This document shows positions 19,914-30,961 of a DNA stretch of 64,000 bases, piece by piece (within the stretch, counting starts at the first letter, position 1; each line of letters opens with the position of its first letter). The position numbers and the translations under genes were made by a program. The stretch comes from Naegleria gruberi. Lineage: Eukaryota. The stretch is from assembly GCA_000004985.1 (NCBI GenBank), contig GG738915.1; one strand, given 5' to 3'. The notes beneath the pieces are model-generated. The model was not told the origin of the DNA and did not search any database. It saw nothing but the letters and a program-made list of their open reading frames with translations.

Positions 19914-22122
19914 ATGCACAAGGAAGAGGCAGTGTTTGATATTTGTGAAGATAATGTGAGCACACCAACCAGTCCTAAAGCTATTCAGCTTATTGAAACG
20001 TCACCCTCATCAACAGAAGAAGTAAAACAATCCATACCAGTAAAAACAGCCGCGCAATCAAATGAACCAGAGGAAGTTTTAAAAGATCCAAATGGACCTA
20101 CTTTACACTTTTATGATCATTTTCTGATCTTTAAGTGTTTTGGATTTTGGACATGGATATTCATTATTTTGGGAATCTTGGGCTCTATGGGTAATGGTGT
20201 TGTGGCGTTAATATTTCAATTCATATTCGGTGATTTGATCAATATTTTCCAACCTGTGAATGGAGTTATGCCATCAGCTACAATAATGAGAAATGCCATC
20301 TCAGATGTTTGTCTCAAATTTACAGGAGTTGCTATTGGAAGTATGGCTTCCAGTTTCGTATCTCAATTTTTCAATGGGTGGGCCAGTGAAAGAATTGGAA
20401 TCTCTCTCAGACAGGCTTATTTCAATGAATTAACAAGACAAGAGGTTGCATTCTTTGATATTAAGAAAACAGGTGCCCTGACAATTGCACTCAGTGAAGA
20501 TGTTGGAAAGATCCAAGAAGCTTGGACCAGAAAAATTTCTGGTGTCATGCAACACACTAGTACCATTCTCATTGGGTTGATTCTGGCCTTTGTCAGTAGT
20601 TGGCAAATGACTCTCGTTACCATTTCAACCACTCCACTCATGATTTTGATTGGTGTGGTTATGGGAAAATTGACAGAAAAGATTAGTTTTAAATCAGGTG
20701 AAACTATCGCAAAGAGTGCCTCAAAGGCAACCGAAGTTGTCTCCTCATTCAAAACAGGTAAGTTGAAATTCCAATATTTGTTCTAAAAAATTCAACCTAG
20801 TTAAAAGTATGGGGTGCGAAGAAAAGGAACAAGCTCAATTCGCTAACATTTTGAAAAAGCTTCATTTGTATGGCATATTAAAAGCTGGCGCACAAGGTGC
20901 TAGTTTGGGGTCTGAAAGCTTCATCATTTGGGGTACCTGTTCATTGGCCTTTTGGTATGCGTAAGTAGCAGTGTAATTTTAAACCTCAATTTAACAATCA
21001 ACAGAGGTAACCTGGTTGTAGATGGAACTATTGTCATTGGAGATTTGGTAAAAGTTTTTGGTTTGTTAATTTTCAGGTAAGTTAAATTTCCAATATTTGT
21101 ACCTTAGACCTATTCTATAAGTACAGTGTATTTTCAATGGCATTTGTTTTTGAAATGTTACCTGACATTTTCAAGGCCTTGAGCTGTCACAGAGCTCTAC
21201 TTATGGTTATGAAAAGAAAACCAGCCATTCCATTTAAGGGTGGAAAGAGTTTGAGCGATAATGTAGGATTGGTTGAATTTAAAAATGTCAAATTTTCATA
21301 TCCATCTCGTCCAAATGTTACTATTCTTCAAGATTTTACACTTAATGTAAAGACAGGTCAATCAATTGCTATGGTTGGTCCGTCAGGATCAGGAAAATCG
21401 ACCATTGTTGGCTTGTTAGAAAGATTCTATGATCCAGAAGAAGGAGTTGTTTCAATTGACGGTGTAGATATTAAGGAAATTGATCCAAAGTGGTTGCACA
21501 AAAATGGTAAGTATCTTAAAAAATTATTCCTTATCAAGTATTTAAAACTATAGTTGGTATTGTTACACAAGAACCAGTATTGTTCGCTTGTACCATTAAG
21601 GAAAATATTGCTTATGCAGTTGGTTTGGAAAATGTAACTGATAAAGATATTGAACAAGCTGCCAAAGCTGCCAATTGTCATAATTTCATTTTGGATCTTC
21701 CTAATGGATACAATACATTACTCGGTGAAAAAGGTGTTTCTCTTTCAGGTGGCCAAAAGCAACGTGTTGCCATTGCAAGAGCTCTCTTACAAAATCCTAA
21801 AATTTTGCTTTTGGACGAAGCAACTTCAGCTCTCGACACTGAATCTGAAGCTCTTGTTCAAGCTGCTTTGGAAATGTTAATGAAAGGAAGAACCTCCATC
21901 TCCATAGCTCACAGACTTTCAACAGTTCAAAATTGTGATGTCATTTACGTTCTCGTTAAAGGAGACATCAAAGAATCAGGCACTCACAAGGAATTGATTG
22001 GCATTGAGAATGGTATTTACAGAAAATTAGCAGAAAAACAAATGGGAATTGATCAATCTTACGAATCATCCAATGAAAATGTTGGTGATACTTCTTCTCC
22101 AAGTGATTTAAATCAACAATAA
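19914..22122 (+). CDS. ABC transporter, ABCB-type half-transporter (transmembrane domain + nucleotide-binding domain), 5 exons
   Basis: Exons are 19914..20757, 20801..20960, 21005..21076, 21127..21506 and 21554..22122. Introns are 43, 44, 50 and 47 nt; all four donors are GTAAGT, and phases are consistent. Transmembrane-domain features typical of ABCB: ...AFWYA and GxLVxxGxxxxGDLVKVF. Nucleotide-binding domain: Walker [11 protein letters not shown]-loop IVTQEP, signature [15 protein letters not shown], Walker [13 protein letters not shown] and H-loop SIAHRL. About 674 aa. Confidence 0.85.
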
Positions 22123-22658
22123 ATTATTTCATCTTCTCCTATCATTAATTAATTAAATATTCAATAATGTCCTAATTATTTTCCAATATTTATGATTTTC
22201 CATCATGACTATTCGAACAAAAATCAGTTCCACACCCGAACAGCCACAATCATTACAGTACCATCTCATCATCATGGCTTGAAATCTTCATCACAATCAA
22301 TTGAGCCTGTCCAATAATTTGTAATACTACCTGTGGTGCTTGCTTTTTCTTGATCACAGTTTTAAAAGATTTTAGCGGGAAGAAATCTCAAGCCCTCAAC
22401 TCGCAAAAGGCAACTTGTTTTTTTTTTCAAGTTTAAAAAAAAAGCAGAGAAAAGGCGCAAAGTTTTTTTAGTATCGAATTTATTATTAGTCGCCCACGTA
22501 GTAATTATCATCAAATATATATTGATAGTATTAAACAACAACAACAGTAACAAGAGTAATAGTAACAAGAAAGTGTATTGTTGCGAACATTTAATTGTAT
22601 TTTAGAAAAGAGGAATTAAAAATCGGAATATTTGTAAATAAGAATTATAAAATTGAAA

Positions 22659-24215
22659 ATGGTTAATGTTCATACCTCACCCATTCCAACTGGTAATAAG
22701 AATATTCAACAACAAGAGCAAAAACTTTCTGCTTCAATGGAAAATAGGCAACAACAATATATTACGACCTTTAAACATGACAAGGAAATAATTCAAAAAC
22801 ATCAAGAAGCCTATTACGACTATGAAGACAACGGAGAGGAAGAAGAAGATGAATATTATACTGCTCCAGCTTCTGTTTCATCAAATCAAAGTCAGGCAGC
22901 AGCTAATGATACCAACAATATTTACTCACCTTCAACAGTCTTGGCCTCTATTGTACAACAAAAACCAGATGATTGTTCTCCAAACAACACCTTTTTCTAT
23001 GGACAACAACCAGTCAATCAACAACATGACGATTTAATGAATACTTCTGCTGTCAATAATAGTAGTATGAGAGATGAGGAAGAATTTTACGTTGACACTT
23101 TGGAAAATCATCCTTTGGCCAGTGACTCACCCCAAGTTGAACATTATATTGAAGGTGTTCAATTTTTATTGCCTGTGAGATACGAACCTATTGAATGTGT
23201 CGGTAAAGGTGCATATGGTATTGTTATTAGTGCTGTTGATAAGTTGATGAATAGAAAAGTGGCTATTAAGAAGATTGAAGCTGTTTTCAAGAAGGAAAAG
23301 TTCTTCCAAAAGAGAATTATGAGAGAAATTAAAATTTTAATTCACTGCAAAGGACACCCAAATATAGTAGAAATTTTAGACTTGGTTCCTCCAGAATCTT
23401 TTGATGAATTTGAAGATATTTACATTGTAACTGAATATATGGATTGTAACTTGCAAGAATTATTGAAATCTGGTCAAAAATTCAGTGAACAGAATATTCA
23501 ATACTTTTTATATCAAATGTTGAAGGCTTTAGATGTCTTGCACAATTGTGACATTGTGCATCGTGACATTAAGAGCAGTAATATTCTCGTAAATAATGAT
23601 TATGAAGTTAAATTCTGTGATTTTGGACTTTCTAGAGCCATGATGAATGAAAAAATGTCAACAGACAATGTGGCAACAAGATGGTATAGATCTCCAGAAC
23701 TCTTGTTAAAGTATCACAAGGCAGGTAAACCAATTGATGTTTGGAGTTTGGGATGTGTATTTGCTGAGCTTTTGTCCACTCCAAAACAACATGTTTTATT
23801 CCCAGGTGAAAGTCACCTCAACCAAATTGATAAGATTTTGGATATTTTGGGAACACCTCTCCCTGAAGATGTTTTTGGTTGTTTCAAGGCTCAAGTATAC
23901 ATGAGTAATCAACCATACAGAAAGAGAAAGGACTTTAAGAAGTTATTCCCTGATGCAAACCCAGAAGCTTTAGATCTTTTAGAAAAGATGCTTGAATTCT
24001 CTCCAGAAAAGAGAATTACAGTATCTGATTCTTTGAGACAGCCATATCTCGACAGTATGGCCAATCACATGGATGAAGATGAGGATGCAAACAATGGATT
24101 TGTAACTAGAGACTTTGAATACCGATTTGATGAAAGTTGGGAAGTTCCTGAAATTAAGAGAATGATGTATGAAGAAATTGTTAATTTTCACAACACCTTT
24201 TCGAAAAGATTTTGA
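22659..24215 (+). CDS. CMGC-group Ser/Thr protein kinase, MAPK-like (MAPK/CDKL-type), with long low-complexity N-terminal extension
   Basis: Single ORF. The track ORF begins at TTG 22653 and the first ATG is at 22659. Kinase motifs: GKGAYGIVISAVD, VAIKKI, HRDIKSSNILV, DFGLSRA, VATRWYRSPELLL and DVWSLGCVFAEL. The activation loop reads S-T-D-N where MAPKs carry TxY (see findings). Confidence 0.8.
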   Translation: MVNVHTSPIPTGNKNIQQQEQKLSASMENRQQQYITTFKHDKEIIQKHQEAYYDYEDNGEEEEDEYYTAPASVSSNQSQAAANDTNNIYSPSTVLASIVQQKPDDCSPNNTFFYGQQPVNQQHDDLMNTSAVNNSSMRDEEEFYVDTLENHPLASDSPQVEHYIEGVQFLLPVRYEPIECVGKGAYGIVISAVDKLMNRKVAIKKIEAVFKKEKFFQKRIMREIKILIHCKGHPNIVEILDLVPPESFDEFEDIYIVTEYMDCNLQELLKSGQKFSEQNIQYFLYQMLKALDVLHNCDIVHRDIKSSNILVNNDYEVKFCDFGLSRAMMNEKMSTDNVATRWYRSPELLLKYHKAGKPIDVWSLGCVFAELLSTPKQHVLFPGESHLNQIDKILDILGTPLPEDVFGCFKAQVYMSNQPYRKRKDFKKLFPDANPEALDLLEKMLEFSPEKRITVSDSLRQPYLDSMANHMDEDEDANNGFVTRDFEYRFDESWEVPEIKRMMYEEIVNFHNTFSKRF

Positions 24216-24257
24216 GGTTCACATGTGAATATTTATAAACAACATGGAAATGTATTT

Positions 24258-25874
24258 TTATTCCTCTGTATCGTCATTCAAATAATCGAGATATCTTCTT
24301 GCTGGTTCATGATCTGGTTTAGTTTTCAAAACTCTTTCGAATTGTTTCTTGGCATCCTCAACCTTATCCAAATCGTATAAACACATTGCAACTTCCATCA
24401 TTCCATCTACATCAGTTTCGTCCAATTCACAAACCTTCTCAGCATCAGACAATGCCTTTTCAGGTTTCTTCAAAAATCTTCTGTAAACATTAGCTCTATT
24501 AAAATAGGCATCAACAAATTTGCCATCTTTCTTAATTGCTGAAGTGAAATCATCAATAGCTTCTTGATATTTTTCATCCTTAACAAGTTGAACACCACGT
24601 TCAAAGTAAATGGCACCAATTGATTGATCATTTGGTATGTCGTCCTTATTCACCTTTCCAGCCTCAATCAGTTCAATACTCTTTGTATAGAGAGGAATCA
24701 ATCGTTGTGGATCTTTTTCATCCAACTTGATCAAAACTCTGACAAGCTCACTATATGCCTTGAAGAATTCTGGATTGACTTTGGTTGTCTGATTGAAATC
24801 AATCACTGACTTGGCCAATTCTCCAACAAACTTGTAGCACATGCCTCTATTAAAGAGGGCAGTAAAATCCTTTGGGTCATGTTCAATAACTTTTGTAAAA
24901 CTCTCAATTGCTTGTTCGTATTCTTTCAAGTGATAGAGAACTGCTGCTCTGTGTTGATGGGCATGCAAGTGATTTGGATTATATCTCAATACAAAGTCAT
25001 AGTCAGCAATGCACTTCATGGATGATTCCTTCTTCTCACTCAACAATCCACGATAGTAATAAGTATCAAGTGAACCTGAATGAGCTTTCCATTGCTTTTC
25101 CTTATCCGAAACCTTCCCAAAATGAGAAATTGCCTCTGAATAGGCCTCAAAAGCTTCATCCTCCTTGTCCAACTTCTCCAATCCAATTCCCAAATTATGG
25201 TTGGCTATAAACAATTCCATGTTATTATTTCCCTCCTCTGGACACAACTTGATGAATTTTCTGAAATTCTTTGTGGACTTTTCATAATTCTTCTGATCGT
25301 TAAATATCAAACCACGAGTCATGTAATAGTTGTGAATTGGATGTTTTTGATTTGATTCAGTAACAAGTTTGTTATATTCCTTTCCCAATTTAATTGCCTT
25401 ATCCAAAGATTTGAGTGAATTTTCATGATTTTTCAAGCTTCTCTCACTCACTCCTTTCAAGTACCACGATTTGACTTGGGTGAGGAGGACTGGAAGCTTA
25501 TCAGAGAGATCTTCTAATTGGGAAATGTATTTTTCAGTGAGTGAATCAACTTGTTCGAAATCTTGAATAGCCTCTTGATGTTTTCTTTCATTGACAATTA
25601 GTGATCACAACAACAATAACAATAGCAATACCTACGACAAGTTGGAATAGGCTAATCCACGTGAAAGGTGTGCTTTAACTCCAATAACCATTATATAGTA
25701 CCACTCTTTAATGTGAGAGAGACAAGTGGTAAATGAAGCAATAGCTTGCTCATAATTTCCAGAGGAAAAATTCTTGGCTCCTTCGTTGTAAGTATCGTAT
25801 GCTAAATCTTCTACTTGAATGAAAAGGAGTATATTAGAATCGGATTGAAATTATCAATTACCTTCATCAGACAT
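24258..25874 (-). CDS. Tetratricopeptide-repeat (TPR) protein, 3 exons; 5' exon 2 carries an apparent +1 frameshift
   Basis: E3 is 24258..25583; this is the track ORF 24258..25460 extended upstream in frame to the acceptor TGAAAG. The intron is 25584..25634 (donor GTAGGT). E2 is 25635..25813. The intron is 25814..25861 (donor GTAATT). E1 is 25862..25874 (ATG TCT GAT GAA G). Multiple 34-residue TPR units are present. E2 encodes a perfect TPR (AYDTYNEGAKNFSSGNYEQAI / ASFTTCLSHIKEWYY...) only if one T of the run in GCTATTTGC (about 25745-25750) is removed. Confidence 0.7.
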
Positions 25875-25969
25875 TTTTTATTGTTATTTGATTGTCAATC
25901 ACTTTTCAATATTGATTTATGTTTATGAAGGTGAAGTTAGTGTTGGGAACTATTGAGGAAATGAAAAGA

Positions 25970-28159
25970 TTACTCTTTCATTGAAATGAAAGATATTCCT
26001 CCACAATTTTCAATCATGTTAATAATTTCCTTTGCTCTTTTCTGTTTGTCTTCCTTTTTGAATTCCCTTTCCAATCGAGAAATATTTCCATGTCCTGTGG
26101 TGACAATGAAGAGAGAATTGTTAGAAGCACTTTGGAAGAGCTCTTTGAAATGATTGTCGAGATTGCTTAGTATCGCTCTGATATTTTCATCGTGTTTTTT
26201 TCCTTCAGGATGATCCTTATCTTGAATTGGATCAAAATCATTCTTCTCGTAATAGGTTCCCAAATCTGAAAAGTGTGTAAACACCAAATCATATTCTGAA
26301 TTGGCAACAAACTTTTTAGACTTTTGGAAAACGTCCTCATCACTGTGGCAAGGTATAGCATCTGAGAGGGATCCTGAAACAATACCATTAAGGTTGTAAG
26401 GTCTATCAACCATGACCGACCTCTTTTCTCCATTACTCAAAAATTCAAAAACATTTTCCTGTTGTCCCTTAAAATCGGTTCCTCTCCTTTCTCTCTTATG
26501 TACATATTCGATACCCTCCTTGAGAACTACTTTTACCAAATCTAGAGCTGCTGTGGCATCTTCAGAGCTATCATGTCCAATCTTATCAATGCTATTGACT
26601 TGAATTTCTCGGGAGAGATATTTTCTTGTTAAATGCTTGAGGGATTGCTTATATTTTGTTCCAAGAGTTGAAGCATTAATGAAAATGACTGCTGTATCAA
26701 TAACTCGTTTGTGAGCGATTTTCAGGCAAATTAAATCATTTTCAAGAGAGTGCCCCACAAGAATAGTATCCTCAGATATGAATTCCTGAACCTCTTTGTG
26801 AACATCTTCAAGTCTAGTTTCCACATTTTCCAGCATTTCCTTGGTAATTCCACTGAACATAGTTCTATAGTCAATAATTTGTTCGTGAGGCTTTACCAAT
26901 TTATCGTATACTACAGTTCCTTGCTCATCCACAAATGTTACACGAGTGAGTTCATCTCCCTTCTTGGTCAGACACATTTCACAATCGAGAGCTAGAAGTG
27001 TATACTTTTTAGCAGGAGTCTTCCAATTGGAGGTGCAAACATAACCTGAACTTTCAAGCTCGGTAGGATCTTTAAATATTGGATAATTATTTTCTGATAA
27101 TTCCTCCTGGGAGAGTAATAAATCATTGAGGGTGGTTTCCTTACTCGAACCATTCTTTGGTTGATCATTTTCATTCTCGTTATTATCAACTTGTTCTTCC
27201 TTATCCTCCTGTACAATGTCATCTCTCAGAGTTACCTCTAATTTTTCGGTTATTTCTATTGTTTCCTCTTCAATGCGTATCTTAGTATTCTTTTTTGAAG
27301 AATTTTCCAAAACATTCAAAGTACCTGATACGGTAGCAAAACTGAATGGCTTGTTAGATGAGGTTTGATAAGAACTTGATGTCTTTTTGGTTGTTTTTTC
27401 CTTACAGAAAGAAATTCCTCTCTTAAACAACCTATGAAGGAAGGTCTTTTTCCAATAATTGGCTGTCCTGTGTTCTGTAATCATGAGCATGTTGGCCTGA
27501 TCCTTGGTCCATGGAGGATTGACCAAAAGAAATGGTGTCCTCTTTGAAGGTATTCCATCTGCTAAAATGTATCGTTCCATTGATTTTGCAAGATTTGGCA
27601 TTGATTTTTGATACTTTTCAAAAACTTCCTTACTCATTGAATCCAAATGAACAATTACAACCTTGTCAATTAATCCCATATTCATTATATGAATCCACCT
27701 TGGTGTAAATAATACAGCTTCATAAATTTCATTATCATTATTCTTTTTCTTTGCTGTTGTGCATGAGTGACCCATCAATGACCACAACATTAAAGCTTGT
27801 AAATCATTGAGAGTGAGGAATTTCTTTTTCAAATCCTTCAAATGGAAATTTAAAATAGCCTTTGTGTCACTTCCGAAAACTTTGGTTTGTTTTTCAATTC
27901 GAGAAACTTTCTTCTGAAAAGGAGTCAGTGGTGTAGTTGATTGAACTTTTTCATTGGTTTTTCTCTTTTTGCTTTCTTGAACAATTTCCAGTTGAGTATG
28001 TTCCTCCTCTTCCTTTGAACTATTATCAGAAATATTCTTTCTCTTTTTGTTCTCTTGCTGATTCTCCTTGCTGTTGTTGTTGTTTTGAGTTTCCGATGAT
28101 GAAGTGGAACCCTTCTTGACCAACTCTAGGAAATTTGAAACTCTATCACGTAGGGGCAT
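25970..28159 (-). CDS. DEDDh-family 3'-5' RNA exonuclease (REX1/REXO1-like) with long N-terminal extension
   Basis: 729-aa single ORF. The exonuclease domain motifs are LALDCEM (motif I), GHSLENDL (motif II) and HKRVIDTAVIF (motif III). The N-terminus is acidic/Lys-rich low complexity. Confidence 0.75.
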   Translation of the reverse strand: MPLRDRVSNFLELVKKGSTSSSETQNNNNSKENQQENKKRKNISDNSSKEEEEHTQLEIVQESKKRKTNEKVQSTTPLTPFQKKVSRIEKQTKVFGSDTKAILNFHLKDLKKKFLTLNDLQALMLWSLMGHSCTTAKKKNNDNEIYEAVLFTPRWIHIMNMGLIDKVVIVHLDSMSKEVFEKYQKSMPNLAKSMERYILADGIPSKRTPFLLVNPPWTKDQANMLMITEHRTANYWKKTFLHRLFKRGISFCKEKTTKKTSSSYQTSSNKPFSFATVSGTLNVLENSSKKNTKIRIEEETIEITEKLEVTLRDDIVQEDKEEQVDNNENENDQPKNGSSKETTLNDLLLSQEELSENNYPIFKDPTELESSGYVCTSNWKTPAKKYTLLALDCEMCLTKKGDELTRVTFVDEQGTVVYDKLVKPHEQIIDYRTMFSGITKEMLENVETRLEDVHKEVQEFISEDTILVGHSLENDLICLKIAHKRVIDTAVIFINASTLGTKYKQSLKHLTRKYLSREIQVNSIDKIGHDSSEDATAALDLVKVVLKEGIEYVHKRERRGTDFKGQQENVFEFLSNGEKRSVMVDRPYNLNGIVSGSLSDAIPCHSDEDVFQKSKKFVANSEYDLVFTHFSDLGTYYEKNDFDPIQDKDHPEGKKHDENIRAILSNLDNHFKELFQSASNNSLFIVTTGHGNISRLEREFKKEDKQKRAKEIINMIENCGGISFISMKE

Positions 28160-28539
28160 TTTTTACTTTTCGCTCTTCTTGTTATTGTTTGAAGTAAGAA
28201 GCCTCTATTTTTATCAATCAGAAGAACGATTAAAAGAGTATTCCTTGGCTACATTCACTACCTCAACGTTAGCTTCATATCATCACAGATATGAAGAAGA
28301 ATTTCAAAGTTTGTATCATGCCCTAGAGACAAAACACAATAACAAAATACAATTTTAATTTTTAAAAAAATCTTATTCTGTCCACAGGTAACCTCTGCGC
28401 GAAGATTACCGCGAAGCCACTCCATCACAATCGTGATAATAATTAATTACTATTTAATAGCATCATCATATCATCAATATTATTGTGGTTGATTATCATC
28501 ATCATAATTTTACTCTTTTCCAACACATATTGATAAGAA

Positions 28540-29208
28540 ATGTTTAAAAAACTCACAGAAGGAAGTACAGATGTTAGCAAGAGTGTAGCATCCTTTGTTC
28601 AAGATAAAAGTAAGTAGATGTATGGGTTCATATCGAGTGCTGACACAAATATATTACTCATTCCTTCAACCATCACATCAATTGTTTGCAACATTTTCCA
28701 TTCTGTCTCTGTGGTATGACTATTTTGGATCGACTGAAATCCACTGAACTTGTGTCCGCTCCAATTCTTCTTCTTTCAACAACACTTGTTATTATTGCCC
28801 TTTCAAAAACAAATGTTTTCCACTGTTGCCTCTCAACAACCTCAAAAACATGCACCTGATCGACGATCGTCGTTATCTTCTGCTTCCTTACATTTTGGCC
28901 TTCGAAAATCAACAGGACAATTCTCTGAAAAGAACATTAGTGAATGGACAAAGGAAGATTTAGTTGAATGGGCTAAATCTTACAAGTATGAGGATGCTCC
29001 AGAAAAGTTTTTACAAAATGATTGGGATGGACAATGTTTAATCTATGTGACAATTCAAGATTTATTGGATATTGGTATTAAAAAAGGAGAAGCTAAATCT
29101 ATTGAAACAAGACTCAAACCACTTCTTCAAAAAGATAGAAATATCCACATCTCATCTACCGATATTTCTTTCACAAGAGACTTGTTGTTTGGACCAAACA
29201 TTCAATAA
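28540..29208 (+). CDS. Small SAM (sterile alpha motif) domain protein; 2-exon model, with a single-exon alternative at 28812..29208
   Basis: The SAM-like block is WTKEDLVEWAKSYKYEDAPEKFLQNDWDGQCLIYVTIQDLLDIGIKKGEAKSI. In the two-exon model, E1 is 28540..28609 (MFKKLTEGSTDVSKSVASFVQDK, ending A|GTAAGT), the intron is 28610..28915 and E2 is 28916..29208. Supporting this model, the 276 nt before the CAACAG acceptor contain no AG dinucleotide at all. The alternative is an intronless CDS from the ATG at 28812. Confidence 0.55.
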
Positions 29209-29712
29209 CCACCTAGGTATATTCAACCATTGTGACAAATAACTGTTTCTTGCAGCAGATGAAATTCAACTAATCTACAATATTATTGGCCCATGTGTTC
29301 TTGTGCTGCTCAACATGACATGGGTCAGAAATCAAGATAAAGAGCATCCATGTTCTTTGTTAGTAGTGAGCCCTCATAATAATCCATGGAAGTGACTTTG
29401 TAATTGAATGAGCTGTACAGTGCCTTCAACCTAACTGGAGGAAGCCTTATTCAACAAATTCTTATTCCATTCAAACTAAATAAAACTATGCGATTACAAT
29501 GCTTTATTAAATATTTAAAAAGGTTCAAAGTTGACTTAAAATCCAATAACAGCAACATAACATGACATAATGGTCTTTCATCTCTCTATCTCTTTCGTTT
29601 TTTCGTAATCAGGTGAGAATGCACTGACGCGCTAAAGGTCAACACCAATCACGGATTTCTCTCTAAACCTTAGAAACAACCGTAGTTATGTATTAAACAA
29701 AACAAGAAAAAA

Positions 29713-30961
29713 ATGGCTGATGAAAACCACTTTTTCACTGACGCAAAGACCCACGATATTAAGAAGGACCTTGAATTCGGCAAGGTTTTGGGAAGGTAGG
29801 TTAATTGCTTTTGTATAGGAAGTCTGTAATAAGAACATCTTTTTTCAATACAACAAAACCCTTATCTTCTAATTGATACTACAACAATTCAAAATACAAT
29901 GATCATCAATAATAACAAAATGTTAGTGGTACCTTCTCCATCGTCAGAGAAGCCGCCCAAAAGAATGATGGTAGAAAAGTTGCCGTCAAGATTATCGATA
30001 AAACAAACTTGGAAGTAAATAAGGATTCATTAAAAACAGAAGTTTCAATTTTAAAGAGCGTAAACGATCAAAATATTGTAGAATTAATTGATGTTTATGA
30101 AAACGGTATGAAGGTTTACCTTGTCATGGAATTGTATGTTATAGTTTTGAACCATTTACCTTATCATTTATCTTTAATTTTATACCCAAACAATAATAGG
30201 CTAACAGGAGGTGAGCTTTTCGACAGAATTGTGAATAAGTACCCAGAAGGTTACTCTGAAGATGTTGCTGCTGAATTAATTAGAAAGATAGTTTCCTCAA
30301 TCAAATACTTGCACTCTTGTGGTGTTGTCCACAGAGATTTGAAACCAGAAAATTTAATTTACTCTTCTGATGGAAATGACAGTGATATCAAAATCACTGA
30401 CTTTGGTTTGGCAAAAATTGCCGATGGTGACTTTTTGTTAAAGACTGCTTGTGGTACACCAAACTATGTTGCCCCCGAAGTCCTTCAAAATACTGGTTAT
30501 GATGCCTCTGTAGATATGTGGTCTATTGGTGTTATTTTGTATATACTGTAAGTTTAGTGGGACTTTCAATGAATTCACCCTAATAATAATTCTATCAAAA
30601 TAGTTTGTGTGGTTTCCCACCATTTTACAGTGAAAATACTCCAGAACTGTTCGAACAAATTATTAATGGAGACTATGATTTCCCATCCCCTTACTGGGAC
30701 AAGGTCAGTGACAGTGCTAAGGATTTGATCCGACACTTGTTGGTCGTAAATCCAAAGAAGAGATTTACTCCAGATCAAACATTGAGCCATCCATGGATTA
30801 AGAAATTGTCTACTAATAAGAATCACAGACCAGAAATTATTGATGAATTGAGGAAGTTTAATGCTAGACGTAAATTTAAGATTACTGTAGAAGCTGTTTT
30901 GGCTGCTCAAAAACTCTTAGGAAAGTTAAAGAACAGAAAATCATCTATCAAGAAGCATTAA
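29713..30961 (+). CDS. CaMK-group Ser/Thr protein kinase (CaMKI-like, no EF hands), 4 exons
   Basis: Exons are 29713..29795, 29927..30133, 30200..30547 and 30604..30961. Introns are 131, 66 and 56 nt, with donors GTAGGT, GTATGT and GTAAGT. Splicing restores the Gly-loop LGSGTFSIV, VAVKIIDK, LVMELLTGGELFDRI, HRDLKPENLIY, DFGLAK, GTPNYVAPE and DMWSIGVILYILLCGFPPF. About 331 aa. Confidence 0.85.

Noticed and set aside
20417-20752. Minus-strand track ORF across the ABC transporter exon 1
   Set aside because: It is an antisense shadow; the plus frame carries the canonical ABCB transmembrane-domain sequence.
22653-22658. ORF-track start codons such as TTG 22653, GTG 9870, TTG 25460, TTG 52157 and TTG 7639
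   Set aside because: The track evidently allows non-ATG starts. In each case an in-frame ATG a few codons downstream, or an upstream spliced exon, provides a conventional initiation site.
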